From the human T2T-CHM13v2.0 reference genome, Homo sapiens, in assembly GCF_009914755.1 (NCBI RefSeq), contig NC_060927.1: a stretch of DNA of 64,000 bases. One strand, written 5' to 3'. Made by a program: the position numbers and the translations under genes. Below are positions 41,019-54,611 of the stretch, in pieces (positions within the stretch are counted from its first letter, which is position 1; every line of letters starts with the position of its first letter). The notes beneath the pieces were generated by a model, which was not told where the DNA came from, made no database searches, and saw nothing but the letters and a program-made list of their open reading frames with translations.

Positions 41019-41506
41019 CTCAAACAGAGCACAGACAACAGTTAACTGCATTTTAGCAAAAAGTCAGGGAGGACACTGAAAGGAGTGTAACTGTTACAGG
41101 TGTTGCACAATGGACTTAAAAGAAGGAAAAATTGTTCAGGGAGAACAGCTTCATGCCTATCCTGGTAATTCTCTTCTCCAAAAGGGGAGTGGCTGGGAGA
41201 AGAAAAGAGCTAGATGAATGTGTTAAATATCAAAATTTCAAAATATGAAATTAAGATAATTTCTTGGAAGAGTGTGATCTAAGGCATGTGAATTCCATGA
41301 GACTGAACAAAGAAGCAACCAGTCTGTCTGGGACTTTATCACTGACTCTGAATGTTTGGTTTGCTGAGTACCAGGCTTTCAATAGAGACAGAAAAGAGCA
41401 ATATTTTAAAAAGAAATTTTATTTAAATGTTGGTAATCAAGTTTATTAACATTCTCAAAGCTCATTTGAAAATGAAATTTCAAAGAACTGCCTCTGTTTC
41501 AATTAC

Positions 41507-41808
41507 TCAAGCTGATGGGTCCATTTTTGATGTGTCATTTCTGATGGCTTAGGCCAGTCAACTTGCAGAAGATTATAAGTGTCACACAGCACAGCATTAG
41601 TAATGTCACTGAACAGGGCATACATATCAGTGATGACTATACCAGAGAAGCTGTTTAATGGAAGACATATGCACCTAAATATGGATTTCTCACCTTTGAT
41701 TCTTTGTCTAGAACTTCATTTTCTCTCAGTTGTGATTTTTCTCATATCTTCTATCTTGGCATCTTGAATGCCTTTCCTGTGTGTTTTACCTTCAGTTTGC
41801 CCATTCCC
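41507..41808 (-). pseudogene. Fossil exon (AAA4-like)
   Basis: branch-like cactaat then ctctctg|, ga|gtaatt; 302 nt, phase 0-2, 1 stop; ..KGEKSIFRCICLPLNSFSGIVITDMYALFSDITNAVLCDTYNLLQVDWPKPSEMTHQKWTHQL. Confidence 0.75.
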
Positions 41809-41912
41809 CAGAGAGAATTGATTAGTGAAAAAGCTTTTTTCCTAGCTTACCTTGCTCAGCCTCAATATGAACACTGCAGGAGAAGAAGACACACATGAAT
41901 GGCTTGGCTTAC

Positions 41913-42211
41913 CTTGTTGAAATTTAAAAAGTACTCATATAGTATGACTGAAGTTTCCAGGGCTTTTACTGCTGAACCTGTTTCACTTGAGGTTCTTTTC
42001 CTTTAAACAGTGAATATTGAGTCAACTACCTTAAAAAAAGTATAAAGGTATGATATGGGGTAACCCACAGTACAGAGTGGAAAACTGAAGAACCAGTCTT
42101 TGAAACAGGCAAAACTCAAATATCTCTTGAAATCTACATGGTAGGGATAAATCGCTGTCATTGGGACTCCATCATTTTTGGGTGTTATGTTTTCTGCTTT
42201 GTGTGCTAATT
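41913..42211 (-). pseudogene. Fossil exon
   Basis: acceptor degraded ctctccttgg|, aag|gtaagc; 299 nt, phase 1-0, 1 stop; LAHKAENITPK..PYHVDFKRYLSFACFKDWFFSFPL..AVKALETSVILYEYFLNFNK. Confidence 0.75.
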
Positions 42212-42310
42212 CCAAGGAGAGAGGGCTTGTGTGCCTAGTTGGGTCTTTTTCCCACGTTTCAGCTAAAGGAAAAAAAGAGCTGCTTTATTAATCATCCCAC
42301 TAGCCTATAC

Positions 42311-42432
42311 TCGTTGGAGAAGAAGTGATTCCCTTCACTTGCATTGGAAAGTGAAGAGGAAGAGCTGCTTGGTCTGCAAGCCCCCAGATATCCACTGCAG
42401 CCCTGAAGGAGCTGGTTGCCATGAAGCTAGAT
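42311..42432 (-). pseudogene. Fossil exon
   Basis: ctctactgctcag|, a|gtatag; 122 nt, phase 2-1, open: SSFMATSSFRAAVDIWGLADQAALPLHFPMQVKGITSSPT. Confidence 0.65.
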
Positions 42433-42789
42433 CTGAGCAGTAGAGATAGCATGGTAAATAAAACACTGTGCCAGAATTTCAGTAGTGTTGGGAGACCACT
42501 AAATGGGAGAACCTGGGGATGAGTGCCAGGTCACTAAAAACAAAGTCAAAGGGACCTACAACCAGCCAGTATAGCAGAGAGGTTAAGAACTTAGGCAGCA
42601 AGTTCAGAGCAACATGGCTGCATAGCTTAACCTTTCTAATTATGTTTCCTCATCTGTATAATGAGGATAAAAATAACACTTCCTTTGAGAACATTGCTGT
42701 GAGAGATGCATGATGTAATGCCCGTGAGGGGCTTAGTGTAGCACCTAACACTTAGTAAGCATTGATATATGTTCTCCTTCTTGAGATAG

Positions 42790-43046
42790 ACCCAAGATTG
42801 TCAAGTGTACATTTCTTCATATGGCTTATTCCTTTCAGATTCCCATGCTCTGCCTCTATTATCTGGGAGAGTTTTCTGCCTGAAGGAAGTGTGTTCAGAA
42901 GCCTATGTTCAGAAGGCTCTGTTAGACATTTGCATGACTCAGGGTGGAGTACAAAACAAAAACAAAATAGTTCCCTTTTACCCATCTATACTCAACCTGA
43001 CCTTTGTCATGCTGAGCATATTTCCCTCCTATATGTTACTCTGTAC
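42790..43046 (-). pseudogene. Possible fossil exon (3' end uncertain)
   Basis: phase-1 start; ..EYRWVKGNYFVFVLYSTLSHANV*QSLLNIGF*THFLQAENS. Confidence 0.4.
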
Positions 43047-43206
43047 CTCAAGGGACCATATAGAATGAAAGTTTGACAAAGGTAGGAAGAGGAGAAGAGA
43101 AGAAAAGTGAATGAAACCGGGAATAAAATGTATGATGAAACTCTGAGAGTCTACATATTCTTAGAAGCCAAGAGTGAACTGAACCTACTCAAGAGCTCCT
43201 CCTCAC

Positions 43207-43276
43207 CTGCAGCCCTCATGTTCAGCACACCATAACCAGGACTGTTTAATGGGCAATGCTCATCTGAGGCATCCAT
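43207..43276 (-). pseudogene. Fossil exon
   Basis: 70 nt, phase 0-1, open, donor cag|gtgagg; MDASDEHCPLNSPGYGVLNMRAA. Confidence 0.6.
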
Positions 43277-43473
43277 CTTGTAGGGTTATATACAAAGAAC
43301 CCAAACAAATGTAGCTTGTCAGCTATCCAGTTTCAACCAAAGAACTCCAGAGAAATGCTCAGTTCCTCAGTCCCATTTAGTTTCAAGCAATTAGAATTCC
43401 ATTTCTGCAGATTAGAGAGTTGCTAACAACTTTCTCTTCTCCAAAGGCCATTTAGAATTTTAGGAGGTTGTAC

Positions 43474-43624
43474 CTTTACCAGGTCAATACCAGTTGGAGC
43501 TGGTACTGAGATCTGCAGACATTGGAGTCACAGACATTGCATTGACTCCTGGTCTTCCATCTGATCTCATCCAGAAACATCACTTTGCCTTGTGTCTAGC
43601 AGTTCCTACATTCTTTTAAGACTG
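43474..43624 (-). pseudogene. Fossil exon
   Basis: ttttacag|, aag|gtacaa; phase 2-0; SLKRM*ELLDTRQSDVSG*DQMEDQESMQCL*LQCLQISVPAPTGIDLVK. Confidence 0.55.
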
Positions 43625-43940
43625 CTGTAAAATTTAGCTTGTTAATTGTGTTATATGGTACTGTAAAAATATCTGGGGAGAAAGTTCACAGTAATGCTTG
43701 TCTAAAACCCAAAGAATATAAAGCATTATTATTGGCAGAGGAGATACAATTATAGTGACATTGAATTCAGCAGATAGTATGTTTTTCATAGTCTAGGGAG
43801 ACAGAATAATCTTAGGCTTTACGAAATTTTAATTAAATGAACATATAGGCTCAAATAATATATAGCAGACACAAGACATACAGATTTTCAATTAATCTCC
43901 AGTGAATTTTCTGTTCTTGAGGTGCCAAAAAGAGAAATAC

Positions 43941-43999
43941 CTGGCAGATGGGCCATCTATGCAACACATTATGCTGATGCCCTCACATTGCTTTGCCTT
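43941..43999 (-). pseudogene. Fossil exon (AAA3 P-loop-like position)
   Basis: catctttcctgcag|, ag|gtattt; 59 nt, phase 0-2, open: KAKQCEGISIMCCIDGPSA. Confidence 0.7.
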
Positions 44000-44029
44000 C
44001 TGCAGGAAAGATGAATCTGAAACTTCAGT

Positions 44030-44388
44030 TGTATGATATAACTGAATACTATATATATAATATTCAGTTAGTATATATATATAGTATATATATAGTATTC
44101 AGTTATATATGATATGTATATATAGTATTCAGTTTTATCATATTACATATGATATATATGTCTCATATGTATGAGATACATATATCTGAGATATATAAAT
44201 AAATATATATTTATATATTTATATTTAGGACTCTCTTGAATATATATATATATATATATATGAGGAGGAACTCTTGAGTAGGTTTAGTTTGCTCTTGGCT
44301 TCTAAGAATATGTAGACTCTCAGAGTTTCATATATATATATGAGATATATATATCAATATATATATTCAAGAGAGTCCTAAATATAAA
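44030..44388. repeat. TA-rich region with nested inverted repeats
   Basis: perfect 31-bp inverted repeat 44218-44248 / 44358-44388. Confidence 0.9.
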
Positions 44389-44409
44389 ACAATTTTTAGA
44401 CCTAAGTAC

Positions 44410-44939
44410 CTTGAAATGTCCAGGATTTAATTTATAAATTAAATTCATAATGACTTTGCCATTTGGGCACACTATTGATAACCTGTTTCATAGACTATCT
44501 TTTATTGCTAAATTACAGAAATCAACAATTATATCAGGATGGGTCCATGAAGGGGGATCAACTCCATTGCTAAGGAGAAAATGAAATTTATCCCAAGTCA
44601 ACTTCAAGTCATCTCCCTGAAATTGTTCAATAGGCATTCTTAAATAATTAATTGGACATCATGAAGACATCCTAGTCTACATAGCAATGAAGACAACTTT
44701 GATAACAGTAAAGATGCTACCGCACATCATTAATCTTACTGTTCAAAGATGAAAGGTGCATCCATGTGTCTGCTGCCAAATAGAAGTTTATGAGAAAAGC
44801 ATCCAGATAATTGACTAAAATTTTCACATTTTTTGCTCTAACATTTTGGCACCAGGAAGATAGCCTCACATGACACACTCTGCAACTGCAACATCCCTGC
44901 CTCAATTCCAAAAGCATTTTGTGAGTGACGTGTGAGGTC
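44410..44939 (-). pseudogene. Fossil exon (1 frameshift)
   Basis: acceptor degraded ttttctgcgg|, aag|gtactt; KMLLELRQG..KILVNYLDAFLINFYL../CPINYLRMPIEQFQGDDLKLTWDKFHFLLSNGVDPPSWTHPDIIVDFCNL..KLNPGHFK. Confidence 0.7.
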
Positions 44940-45663
44940 CCGCAGAAAACACTGAGATAACTGAGAATACTTCAGACTCCAGAGAGATGAAAGTCTGGTA
45001 GAATACAGTAGACACATTGGTAAGCCACTATACTATAACTGGAAGGAAGTGGTCCCATAAAGAAATGATGACATGGAAAAGAGAAAGGGGGCAGGTGTGT
45101 AGAGAATGTGATGTCCCTGGAATTGTGCAGTGCAGGGGCCTTGAGAGTAGCAGGTCCAAGACTTTGAGCTAGAAGACTTGAGTTTGAGTCCCAAACTGGA
45201 CATGCATGACATGGGCAAGTCACTCAACATGTCTAGATCTTCCTGTCCTCCTCTGTAAAGTGGAAGTAATTGCTCTTCACAGGGTTGCTGAAAATTTAGA
45301 CAATGTATGTCAACCCAGTATTACTTGAAGTGCAGGGAGATGAGTTTCCAAGGTGGAATTTATTGGCCATTTAAAGCATCATTTAGTAATTATTACTGGT
45401 TTAATTTTGAAAGCAGTTTTAAAAGGCCTCTAGAAATATTGATGCATGCTAAATAAACAAACATTTAAAATGTGTTTGTTTACAGTAAAATGTAAAGAAA
45501 AAGATTTAAGTGTAAAATGGCAATGTAATTCTGTTTAATAATTTATACTTTATGGTCTGGTTTTAATATATTCAAATACAAGATATTGGATGACATAAAA
45601 GTAATAGTATTACTTCATTTGGATGATTAATGCAGCATTAACTTCTTTCTTTTACACCCCCAC

Positions 45664-45838
45664 CTAATGTGCTCATGTATGTACATATTCCATCCTGGGA
45701 ATAATTATTATTGATGAGGTGTTTGCTCATGGATAATTTTTAACAACTTTGTAAATCTTTTCAGTTCAAATGTCACTTTATATTGAAAGATTAGTTTTTG
45801 ATTAAATAAACATGTAACTTTAAGTGTTGCAGTCTCCA
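45664..45838 (-). pseudogene. Fossil exon
   Basis: tttaatctcag|, ag|gtgggg; phase 1-2; ETATLKVTCLFNQKLIFQYKVTFELKRFTKLLKIIHEQTPHQ**LFPGWNMYIHEHI. Confidence 0.6.
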
Positions 45839-45939
45839 CTGAGATTAAAGTTAATCGAATAACATTAGACTGAATTTATAAAATACTGCAACAAAAATAG
45901 AAGTTTCCAGATCCCTTTGAGAATGGAGAGTTAAATATG

Positions 45940-46200
45940 CAAAGCAATTCATATGAAGTACCTAGAACAGTCAAATTCTTAGAGACAAAAACTAGAATGG
46001 TGATTGTCAGGGGTTGGGGGAGGGGGAATGAGGAATAATTGTTTAATGGGCACATAATTTCAGTTTGAATGATGAAATGGAGACAAATAGTGGTGATTGT
46101 GGCACATCAATATGAATGTACTTAATGTCATGGAACTGTAAACTTAGAAACAAGATGGTAAATTTTATGTTATGCATATAGTACCATAGTTAAAAACTGT
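45940..46200 (+). mobile_element. L1MB-type 3' end
   Basis: gtcaaattcttagagac..aaattttatgttatg. Confidence 0.8.
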
Positions 46201-46207
46201 AACTTAA

Positions 46208-46463
<256 letters not shown>

Positions 46464-46469
46464 TAGATT

Positions 46470-47734
46470 TCTTTTATTATATTATTATTATTAATTTTTT
46501 ACCTTAAGTCCTGGGATACATGTGCAGAACATGCAGGTTTGTTACATAAGTGTACATATGCCATGGTGGTTTGCTGCACCTATCAACCCTTCATGCAGAT
46601 TTTAAACCCCATATGCATTAGGTATTTGTCCTAATGCTCTCCCTCCCCTTTCCCCCAACTCCCTGACAGGCCCCGGTGTGTAATGTCCCCCTCCCTGTGT
46701 CCATGTGTTCTCATTGTTCAACTCCCACTTATCAGTGAGAACATGCGGTGTTTGGTCTCCTGTTCCTGTGTTACTTTGCTGAGAATGATGGTTTCCAGCT
46801 TCATCCATGTCCCTGCAAAGGACATGAACTCATTCTTTTTTATGAGTGCATAGTATCCCATGGTGTACATGTGCCACATTTTCTTTATCCAGCCTATTAC
46901 TGATGGGCATTTGGGTTTGTTCCATCTTTGCTATTTTAAATAGTGCTGCAATAAACATACATGTGCATCCATTTTATAGTAGAATGACTTATCATCTTTT
47001 GGGTATATACTCAATAATAGGATTTCTGGGTCAAATGGTATTTCTGGTTCTAGATCCTTGAGGAATTGCCACACTCTTCCACAGTGGTTGAACTAATTTA
47101 CACTCCCAAAAGTGTAAAAGTGCTCCTATTTCTCGACATCCTCACCAGCATCTGTTGTTTCCTGACTTTTTAATGCTTGCCATTCTAACTGACATGAGAT
47201 GGTATCTCACTGTGGTATTTATTTACATTTATTTAATGATCAGTGATGATAAGCTTTTTTGCAGGTGTTTGTTTGGCCACATAAATGTCTTCCTTTGAGA
47301 AATGTCTGTTCATATCCCTTGCCCAATTTTTGATTTTTTTTTCTTCTCTTGTAAATTTGTTTAATTTCTTGTAGATTCTGTATATTAGACCTTGGTCAGA
47401 TGGATAGATTGCAAAAATTTTCTCTCATCCTCTAGGTTGCCTGTTCACTCTGATGATAGTTTGTTTTGCTGTGCAGAAGCTCCTTAGTTTAATTAGATAC
47501 CATTTGTCAATTTTGGCTTTTGTTGCAATTGCTTTTAGGGTTTTAGTCATGAAGACTTTGCCCATGCTGGGAAAACTGTCTAGCCATATGCAGAAAATGG
47601 AAACTGGCTCCCTTCCTTACACCTTATACAAAAATTAACTCAAGATGGATTAAAGACTTACATGTAAAACCTAAAACCATAAAAACCCGAGAGAAAACCT
47701 AGGCAATACCATTCAGGACATAGGCATGGACAAA
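46470..47734 (-). mobile_element. L1PA 3' end with 5' inversion (47565-47734 on +)
   Basis: L1PA 3'UTR and ORF2 end antisense, then sense ORF2 piece ending at the same ggcatgg(g/a)caaa position. Confidence 0.9.
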
Positions 47735-47949
47735 TCAGCTTTTAATGATCTCCCACTTCTAATTAATCCTGGGGTTGGGGGGGGTTTGCTGTTGTTGTTA
47801 TTGTTCATTTGCTAATTTCAATTCACTAGGGGTAAGAGGAAATATTAAAAATAAAAAAGAGTTGTAGTGAGCTATGATCAGAGCACTGCACTTCAGCCTG
47901 GACAACAGGTCTCACTAAATAAGTAAATAAAAGAGAAAGTTTAAATTAC

Positions 47950-48040
47950 AGTGGCATCTGCAAAAGTTTTTTCAAGTTAAAGTTCTTTAGAGATTGCACA
48001 GATAATTGAAAATATCTCTAATGTTTTTACCCATGTGCAT
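47950..48040 (-). pseudogene. Fossil exon
   Basis: 91 nt, starts phase 2; CTWVKTLEIFSIICAISKEL*LEKTFADAT|gtaatt; phase to next exon is off by one base. Confidence 0.55.
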
Positions 48041-48719
48041 CTGGCTTCAGATAATGCACAATTTCAAGGAGGAAAAGAGCTGGTGTTAATCAAGTGCTAA
48101 GCCAGTTGCTAGATGCTTCCTGATGGCTTTGTCTCATTCTATTCTCACGAGAACTTGTGTAGCATATTATTATTCACATTTTACAGAAGAGGAGAGTAAG
48201 ACTTCAAGATTATAACTGACAAGCTCAGGTTTATGTTCCTAGTAATCTATGAACTTGGTGATTTGAATCCATGTCCCCTAAATCAAGGCCCTCTGCAGAC
48301 TTTTAAAAATTTGGTTTTATTAATGCATTAAAAAATTTGTATTTTGTTTCCTTCCCCTGTATAAATGGCTGGTTGCTTCAGCAGTATTTCACCATTCCTA
48401 GGAATTATATGTAGTATACCATGGCAGAAAGAGTAATGGCCAGGAGTTTGGAGCAACACTCCAGTCACAGCGCTAACCTGCTCTCTTAATCACTTGAGGT
48501 GATCAGTGAATCCCGTCTATGCCTTGCTTCCCCCAGCTATGAAGGAGGAGAGTAATATCTATTCTGCATGAGTGAGTTACACATTAAAGTCCAAAAATGA
48601 TCATATGTGAAAAAACATGCATGATTATGACAGTGATTAAAGGCTGTAATACAAGTGAATCTAGAATTTACAACCACAATGCTTATTATGGCAAAGATCT
48701 GTTAAGTTGTCTGGCTAAC

Positions 48720-49165
48720 CTATCACCATGCAATAATCTAAAACGTTTTTACTTGAAATCTCTTATATTTCTTCATTTTCTCGGCATGATCCCTCTATCC
48801 TTCTTGGTAAGGTTAGTCAATGCCATTCTAACATCATCTGGTGTGGAGATAGTGTAGAGTTTTATGAGGTTGAGAAACTTGTCTCCACAGCAATGTTGAC
48901 TACTTCCTTTCTTGCTCCACAAGCTCTCCAGGCCCTAGCCTTCCCCTTCTCAAGCAGAATCTTGGAGTCAGTCACTGACGAATCAAAGTTGTTGGTGCCT
49001 ATGCAACAGCTTGGGAGCCCTGGTCAAATTATGTGTCAATATGACATGTCTAGATGTATAACTGGCTTTATTGTTTGGAACTGCCTTGGAGATGGTGTAC
49101 TGAGAGCCTTCTGGATTGGTAATAGGTGATAATGAATGAGGTGGTTGTCATGAAGATAAACTAGG
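48720..49165 (-). pseudogene. Fossil exon (1 frameshift)
   Basis: tcctccctgccag|, ag|gttagc; LVYLHDNHLIHYHLLPIQKAL../DKFLNLIKLYTISTPDDVRMALTNLTKKDRGIMPRK*RNIRDFK*KRFRLLHGD. Confidence 0.65.
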
Positions 49166-49744
49166 CTGGCAGGGAGGACAATTAAAATGATGTGGCCACA
49201 AAGCCAATGTTATTTCAAAATTTAATCATGCTGCTGGGTGGCTTATTGGGAATTTATTTTCCATAATAAAGAAACCATGCTGGATGCTGGTGCTGTGAAT
49301 TAGAATCTATCCACACAAAACAGAGCAAAATGCTGTTCTGAAGATGAACCGGGTTAATTTATAAATGTAGACAGTAAAACAGCATAACTCAGAACGTGAT
49401 ATTATGTTTTCTCACTCTGATTTACTCCATTGTTTGCACTTTAGTGAAGCCAATCCAGTAATTACAAATTGGCCTTATTTTTACTATATGGGCTCAGCCT
49501 GAAGAGGGTTATACTCACAATTAAGGGTGAAAAAAATGCAAACACTCAGGAGAACTTTAAGAATTCAGCTGATAAACTTTTAACTTCCAAACCAAAATAA
49601 TATAGTTCTAGTAAGTAGTATCTTTGAAGAAGGAGTTATCCTTACTAGGTAACACCATTAGTATTAGACACACTTTGGATTTTTCACTTTTTGATATGTG
49701 CAAGTCAAGTAGGAACACAGTGGCTAAGATCTTACCCTCTAGAA

Positions 49745-50043
49745 CAGAAGTTGGCAATCTACAGCCAATGAGCCAAAATGTTTATCATAGTTTGTAAACC
49801 ATTTTTTAAAAATCAAAATAAAATATTTTGTGACAGGTGACAATTCTATAAAATTCAAATTTCAGTGACCATAAAGTATTATTGGAACACAGCCACACCC
49901 ATTCGTTTACATATTATCTATGGCTGTTTTTGTGCTATAACCACAGAGCTGAGTAGTTGCAATAGAGATCAGATGGCCCTCAAAGCCAAAAATACTTAAT
50001 ATCTGACCCTTGACCATAAAAAAAGTTTGCCAGACAATGCCCT
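49745..50043. mobile_element. MER58
   Basis: ttattggaacacagccacaccc..aaaaagtttgcc. Confidence 0.8.
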
Positions 50044-50420
50044 AAAATTATTCTACTTAAATTCAAATCCTTCTGTAATTCACTTATTAGCTGGGTATTC
50101 TTGGGCAACTTAGCCTTCCTCTGCCTCAGTTTTCTCATCTGAGGGTTATACTACCAAATGCATGTTATTGGGGAGAACTAAATAAATTTGTATAACAAGC
50201 ACAAAACAGTCCCTGGTGTGCAGTAAACATTCAATAAGTGTCATTATTATTATATTTCATCTTATTAAAAGTTAAATGGTTATGCTAGTGTGGAAAACAG
50301 TAAGAAAAAGTCTTTAGTGAGAAAATAATTGAAAATACAAAATCAATATAAATATATTGTGTTATGTAAGGTCAGCAAAAAAAAGGCATAGGGAAAAAAT
50401 AGTGAATATGTATTATTCAC

Positions 50421-50666
50421 TCCATCACCCTGCAATGTTCTCAATCAAAAATCTTAGTATAATTTTGAAGCCTATTAATTCAAGACTGAAAATATATTTA
50501 AGTAAAAACAATTGGATTGGCACATTGGCCATATAGCTTAAAGATAGGATTAAGGCCCCTGAAATTATGTCCCTCATATAATACACAATTAGATATTGAT
50601 CGTGAGGCTGAAACACCAGCTTCAATTTAAATACTTATTACCAATTGTATCAGCTCATTGTATTAC
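50421..50666 (-). pseudogene. Fossil exon
   Basis: 246 nt, phase 2-2, donor ga|gtgaat; YNELIQLVISI*IEAGVSASRSISNCVLYEGHNFRGLNPIFKLYG.. Confidence 0.55.
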
Positions 50667-51951
50667 CTTATATATTATAAAATATAAGACAAGTGGTTAA
50701 ACGGCTAAAAATATTTAATTTCAAAATTTTGCTTACAGGCTTTTAAGCAAACTTTGTCTACTTTTACCTTGAAGCAAATTTAATCTGGATTGAAAATATA
50801 TATGCTTAAGAAAAAAACAAAGCAAAGGTGGATGGTGGAATATAATCACCAACACAAAAAGAGTTCTTTGAAATTATTAACGGTAAAGAATTAAAAATGG
50901 ATAGGGAATATAAATAATAACTTTAAGAAAAAACACAAGTGGTAATCAAATCAAGAAATAATGCAAATGATAAACAAATGAAAAAATCTCTTTTTATGAT
51001 TATATTGATTCAACTGACGTAAGATATATTTACTTGTAAAATAGCACAGAATTTTCCTCAATGATAATAATGTTGATAAGGGTAGAATAATCATAGCAAA
51101 GCCTGATGCAATGTTTACTAGGAGCCATAGTCTTTTCTAAGTGCTTTATATGAATTAACTCATGAAATTATCAGAAAAATCCCTTAAATTAGTATTACTA
51201 TTTTTAGAGCCATTCAAATATTTTACTAATAAAGAAACTATGGTCCAAAATTATACACCTAGTTGGAGGTGGATCTGATATTTGAACCCAAGCTGTCTAG
51301 TTCCGCAACTGTGACTTCCAATCATTATGTTATTGATGCAAGTATATGGATGCATTCATTCTCTGCTGATTCAGAGAAAACATTGCACATTGTGAGCTGA
51401 GGACTGATAAAGAAGGGGAAAATGTTCTTCATTGATTTCCTCTTGACCTTAACCTCTTCCAAGTGACTATCCACTCTTAGTATTCCACAGCCTGTCCTAG
51501 ACCAATGGTAAATATATTTTCAATAATATTTTTAAGACTACATAACAAAAGACTTTCCAGGGCTCATAACAGCAGTTATTGGTCAAGTCAGAACTACTAA
51601 CGAATACACTGTTTTTGTTCCCAGGTTTAGGGTCAGATGAGCAATCACGAATTTAAGTTATAGAAGGGGTTTTTGTGTCAATATGCAGAAAAGAGAAGGG
51701 ACAAGCATTTATTGAGGTTTTGCTAAGTCCTAAGAGCTCTGCATATGTTATCTCATACTGACCTCATAACTCTATGAGATGTTATTATCTACACTTAACA
51801 GAAGACATCTCTAGATCAGATTAGCTGAGTTATTTTAAATTAACAAAGCTCACACAGCTAGAGACATAGCCTGGTTTAAAGTCGTTTATCAGATTCCAAG
51901 ACTGTGTTCTTTCCAGTACACAGCACTGCCTTCTATCTAAGGAGTTCTTAT

Positions 51952-52280
51952 CTCAGATTTGATCTGTACACCACGAGGAAGTGGAATTCTGATATGTCTT
52001 GTTGTAAGCTGGGGAACAAAACCAGGAGAGTGCAGAGGGAGTAACAAATACAAGAGCAGGAAAGGACACTTGAACAGAAAAGAGGGAGGACAGCCTGGAT
52101 AAACAGTGGGATCAGTAACTGCAGCTCATAGTTGATTTTTACGTGTTTCTTTGGCATGATATGCGAGTAGATTCGATCAAAGGGTTGAAGACACACACTT
52201 TGTTTACAATTTATCATTAACATTGTTGGGAGGCAGCGTGGAGTAATACACATTATGTGGGCCGCTCCACATCTATACAG
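51952..52280 (-). pseudogene. Fossil exon (two plausible frames)
   Basis: acceptor ttttcatctggttttag|, donor degraded gag|ataaga; one frame open for 109 codons, the other ends ..LLLPLHSPGFVPQLTTRHIRIPLPRGVQIKSE. Confidence 0.6.
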
Positions 52281-52805
52281 CTAAAACCAGATGAAAACAT
52301 ACATCAAAAACACCCATAAAAACTAATGTAGGTCAATACCTGGGCGTCAGATAGAACCACAAAGAGGAACAGGATGCAGATTCCCAGGAACAGGAGGACC
52401 CCAATATGTGGTGAGATGACAGCATTACAAAGTCAAGCTAATGGAGGGAATCCTGCCTGGTCAGTGCAGCTGGTAGGTAAATACCCGGCCAGCAGTCAGT
52501 GCCAGAGGGCCTGCTATGAGCTGACAGGATCCCAAGATAAGAAGAACTTGGGCCTAGAGGAGCAGAACAACACCCAACAAGGGCTAAATGAGTTTCATGC
52601 TGATCGTAAGGCACTCTTAAAACACTTTACCAAGCTCTGTTCTTATACAATGATGTGTCTATACATCTCTCCCACTAGACTGGGAACTCTAAAGGCAGAC
52701 CCATCTTTAAATACCCAGACCCTAACATGGATTGTAAATTGTATAGAGGATGAATAGATGCAACAAATGAACTTAATTACATGAATTTGATGGAAACCCA
52801 CTTAC

Positions 52806-52931
52806 CATATTTGGGCCACAAAAGCTCAGAATAGGCGTGGCAGCCAAGATAACTTGATACTGATTCACAAGAGTTATCAAATAAAGGCTCCTAATATTCT
52901 GTTAACCAAGATCAGAACTGTTTCAAGGCCC
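52806..52931 (-). pseudogene. Fossil exon
   Basis: ccctatag|, g|gtaagt; 126 nt, phase 1-1; ALKQF*SWLTEY*EPLFDNSCESVSSYLGCHAYSELLWPKY. Confidence 0.65.
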
Positions 52932-54611
52932 CTATAGGGTTGGGTCCTCAGGTGGGCTCCTGGAGCCACAGCAGTGGGATAGGAGCTATGCCAAGGGTTG
53001 GAGCCAGCTGGTCAACACAGTGTGCTTTAATGACTATGCATTACCCCCTTGCTTCTATGAAACAGTATGTCCTAGGCATTACTTGATGCCTCCATGAGAA
53101 ATATCAAGTAACCCTCCCCTCAATTTCAAAGCAAATAAGTTTAATTGACCAGAGTCATACTGTGAGTCAGCAGCAGACGCAAAACATGAACTCAGAACTC
53201 TGACAGTCCAAAACGGCTCTTTATCTCTGTGTTGCCCTTGCCCTTTAAATGTAAGCATGATGCTGTGGGCCTGCTGACACAGGACATGGTACATTTTCTT
53301 GAGCTACGGAAGCTCTATAGAATCATCAGCACTCCAACCCAGCCGTTTATTCATTCATTTAGCCACTAGCTCAGTATTACATAATAAAAATACAAAGGGC
53401 AAAAACAGGCTTGGCCCAACCTTCCTGGAGCCCACAAACCTTTCCCAATACATTTTTAAATGAATACGATCATAGATTTGAAAGTAAGTTAAAAAAAAGT
53501 TTTTCTAGGTAGGGAAAAATCTGACACATAACTAGATACATCTGACAAAATGTCTAACTGGAACTGCCAGGCATTGTGATGATGCCAAGTGAGATGAAGA
53601 TAGAAGATGAGTTTAGTTTCACTGAAAATTTTATATTTCTAACAATGTGAAGGTCTTTAAACTATGTGGGATCTGAAATCTTCAGGTTTAGCAGCCACTT
53701 TTCAGTTCAAAGTAGTTTTGAATTTTTACTATGTACCAGGTAATTGTATGCACTATCATTAAATTTCCAAATAACCCAATTAAAAGGCATCAAGGGATGC
53801 CTGAGCTTCAGATAATTCAGTTGCTTGCATAGGTTCAAAACTACAAAATAGCAGAAGGAAAACTGGTACACAGAGCTCTGAGGCTTCAGAGTCCACGCTT
53901 TCTTCACTTCTCCAAGCTACTCCCCTTGAAATAGGTGAACGACAATTGGTAGTTTGGGGAGGGAGAGGAACCTCTCATGATTTGATTGTAGCAATTAGTG
54001 GGTTAATTCTGGAGCCCCATAGAGAGTGTGCTTAGAGACTTGGAGTCACTCTAGGGAGGGAGCATCTGTGCCATCATCATAGCAGCCAGATTTTACCAAG
54101 GGCTAGAGGAGAAGGAGAGTGGAAGGGTGTTTACTTCGTATTGGTACCTGGGAGACTGAGGCTTCCAACAGCTTCACCAGTAGTCTAGGTTCACAGGGAG
54201 GGCATTTTATTTAATGTTTTTGAGTTTCATGAGACAGTAGGATTTAGTGAAAAGAGTAAGAGTGAGTCAATGAGAGCAGCCTAATCCAGCAGTCAATGAC
54301 CTGGGTTTAAGTCAGACTCTGCTCTGATGCCAACCAGCTCTGAGCTGGCTCTTTATCCCTGTGTTGCCACTTAAGAAGCAGTTTCTCTACATTATGCCTC
54401 AGGTTACACACCGGTCTTAGCCACATGGGAATGATCTGATGACACCTTAAAATAAATATGAACATTACAAAATGCACTATATAAACCCTAATGTATTATT
54501 TTTTTTTCTTTTCATATTTTAAGACTGTGAAAACCAAGGCTTGTTAAAGTACTGTTCCAAAGGGTCACTTGTGTAATCTAGGCACAGGCTATGCTCTGTG
54601 TTGCAGCCCAC

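Noticed and set aside
41851-41873. 23-nt micro-exon with good-looking splice sites
   Set aside because: It would need flanking introns of only ~40 nt; a single 104-nt intron (41912-41809) with a branch site fits the phases better.
49166-49498. In-frame upstream extension of the exon at 49165
   Set aside because: Eight stops in ~110 codons is no better than random AT-rich sequence; left unresolved.
53162-53172. Second ARE-like motif GTGAGTCAGCA
   Set aside because: Lone short motif with no supporting context; expected by chance in 64 kb.
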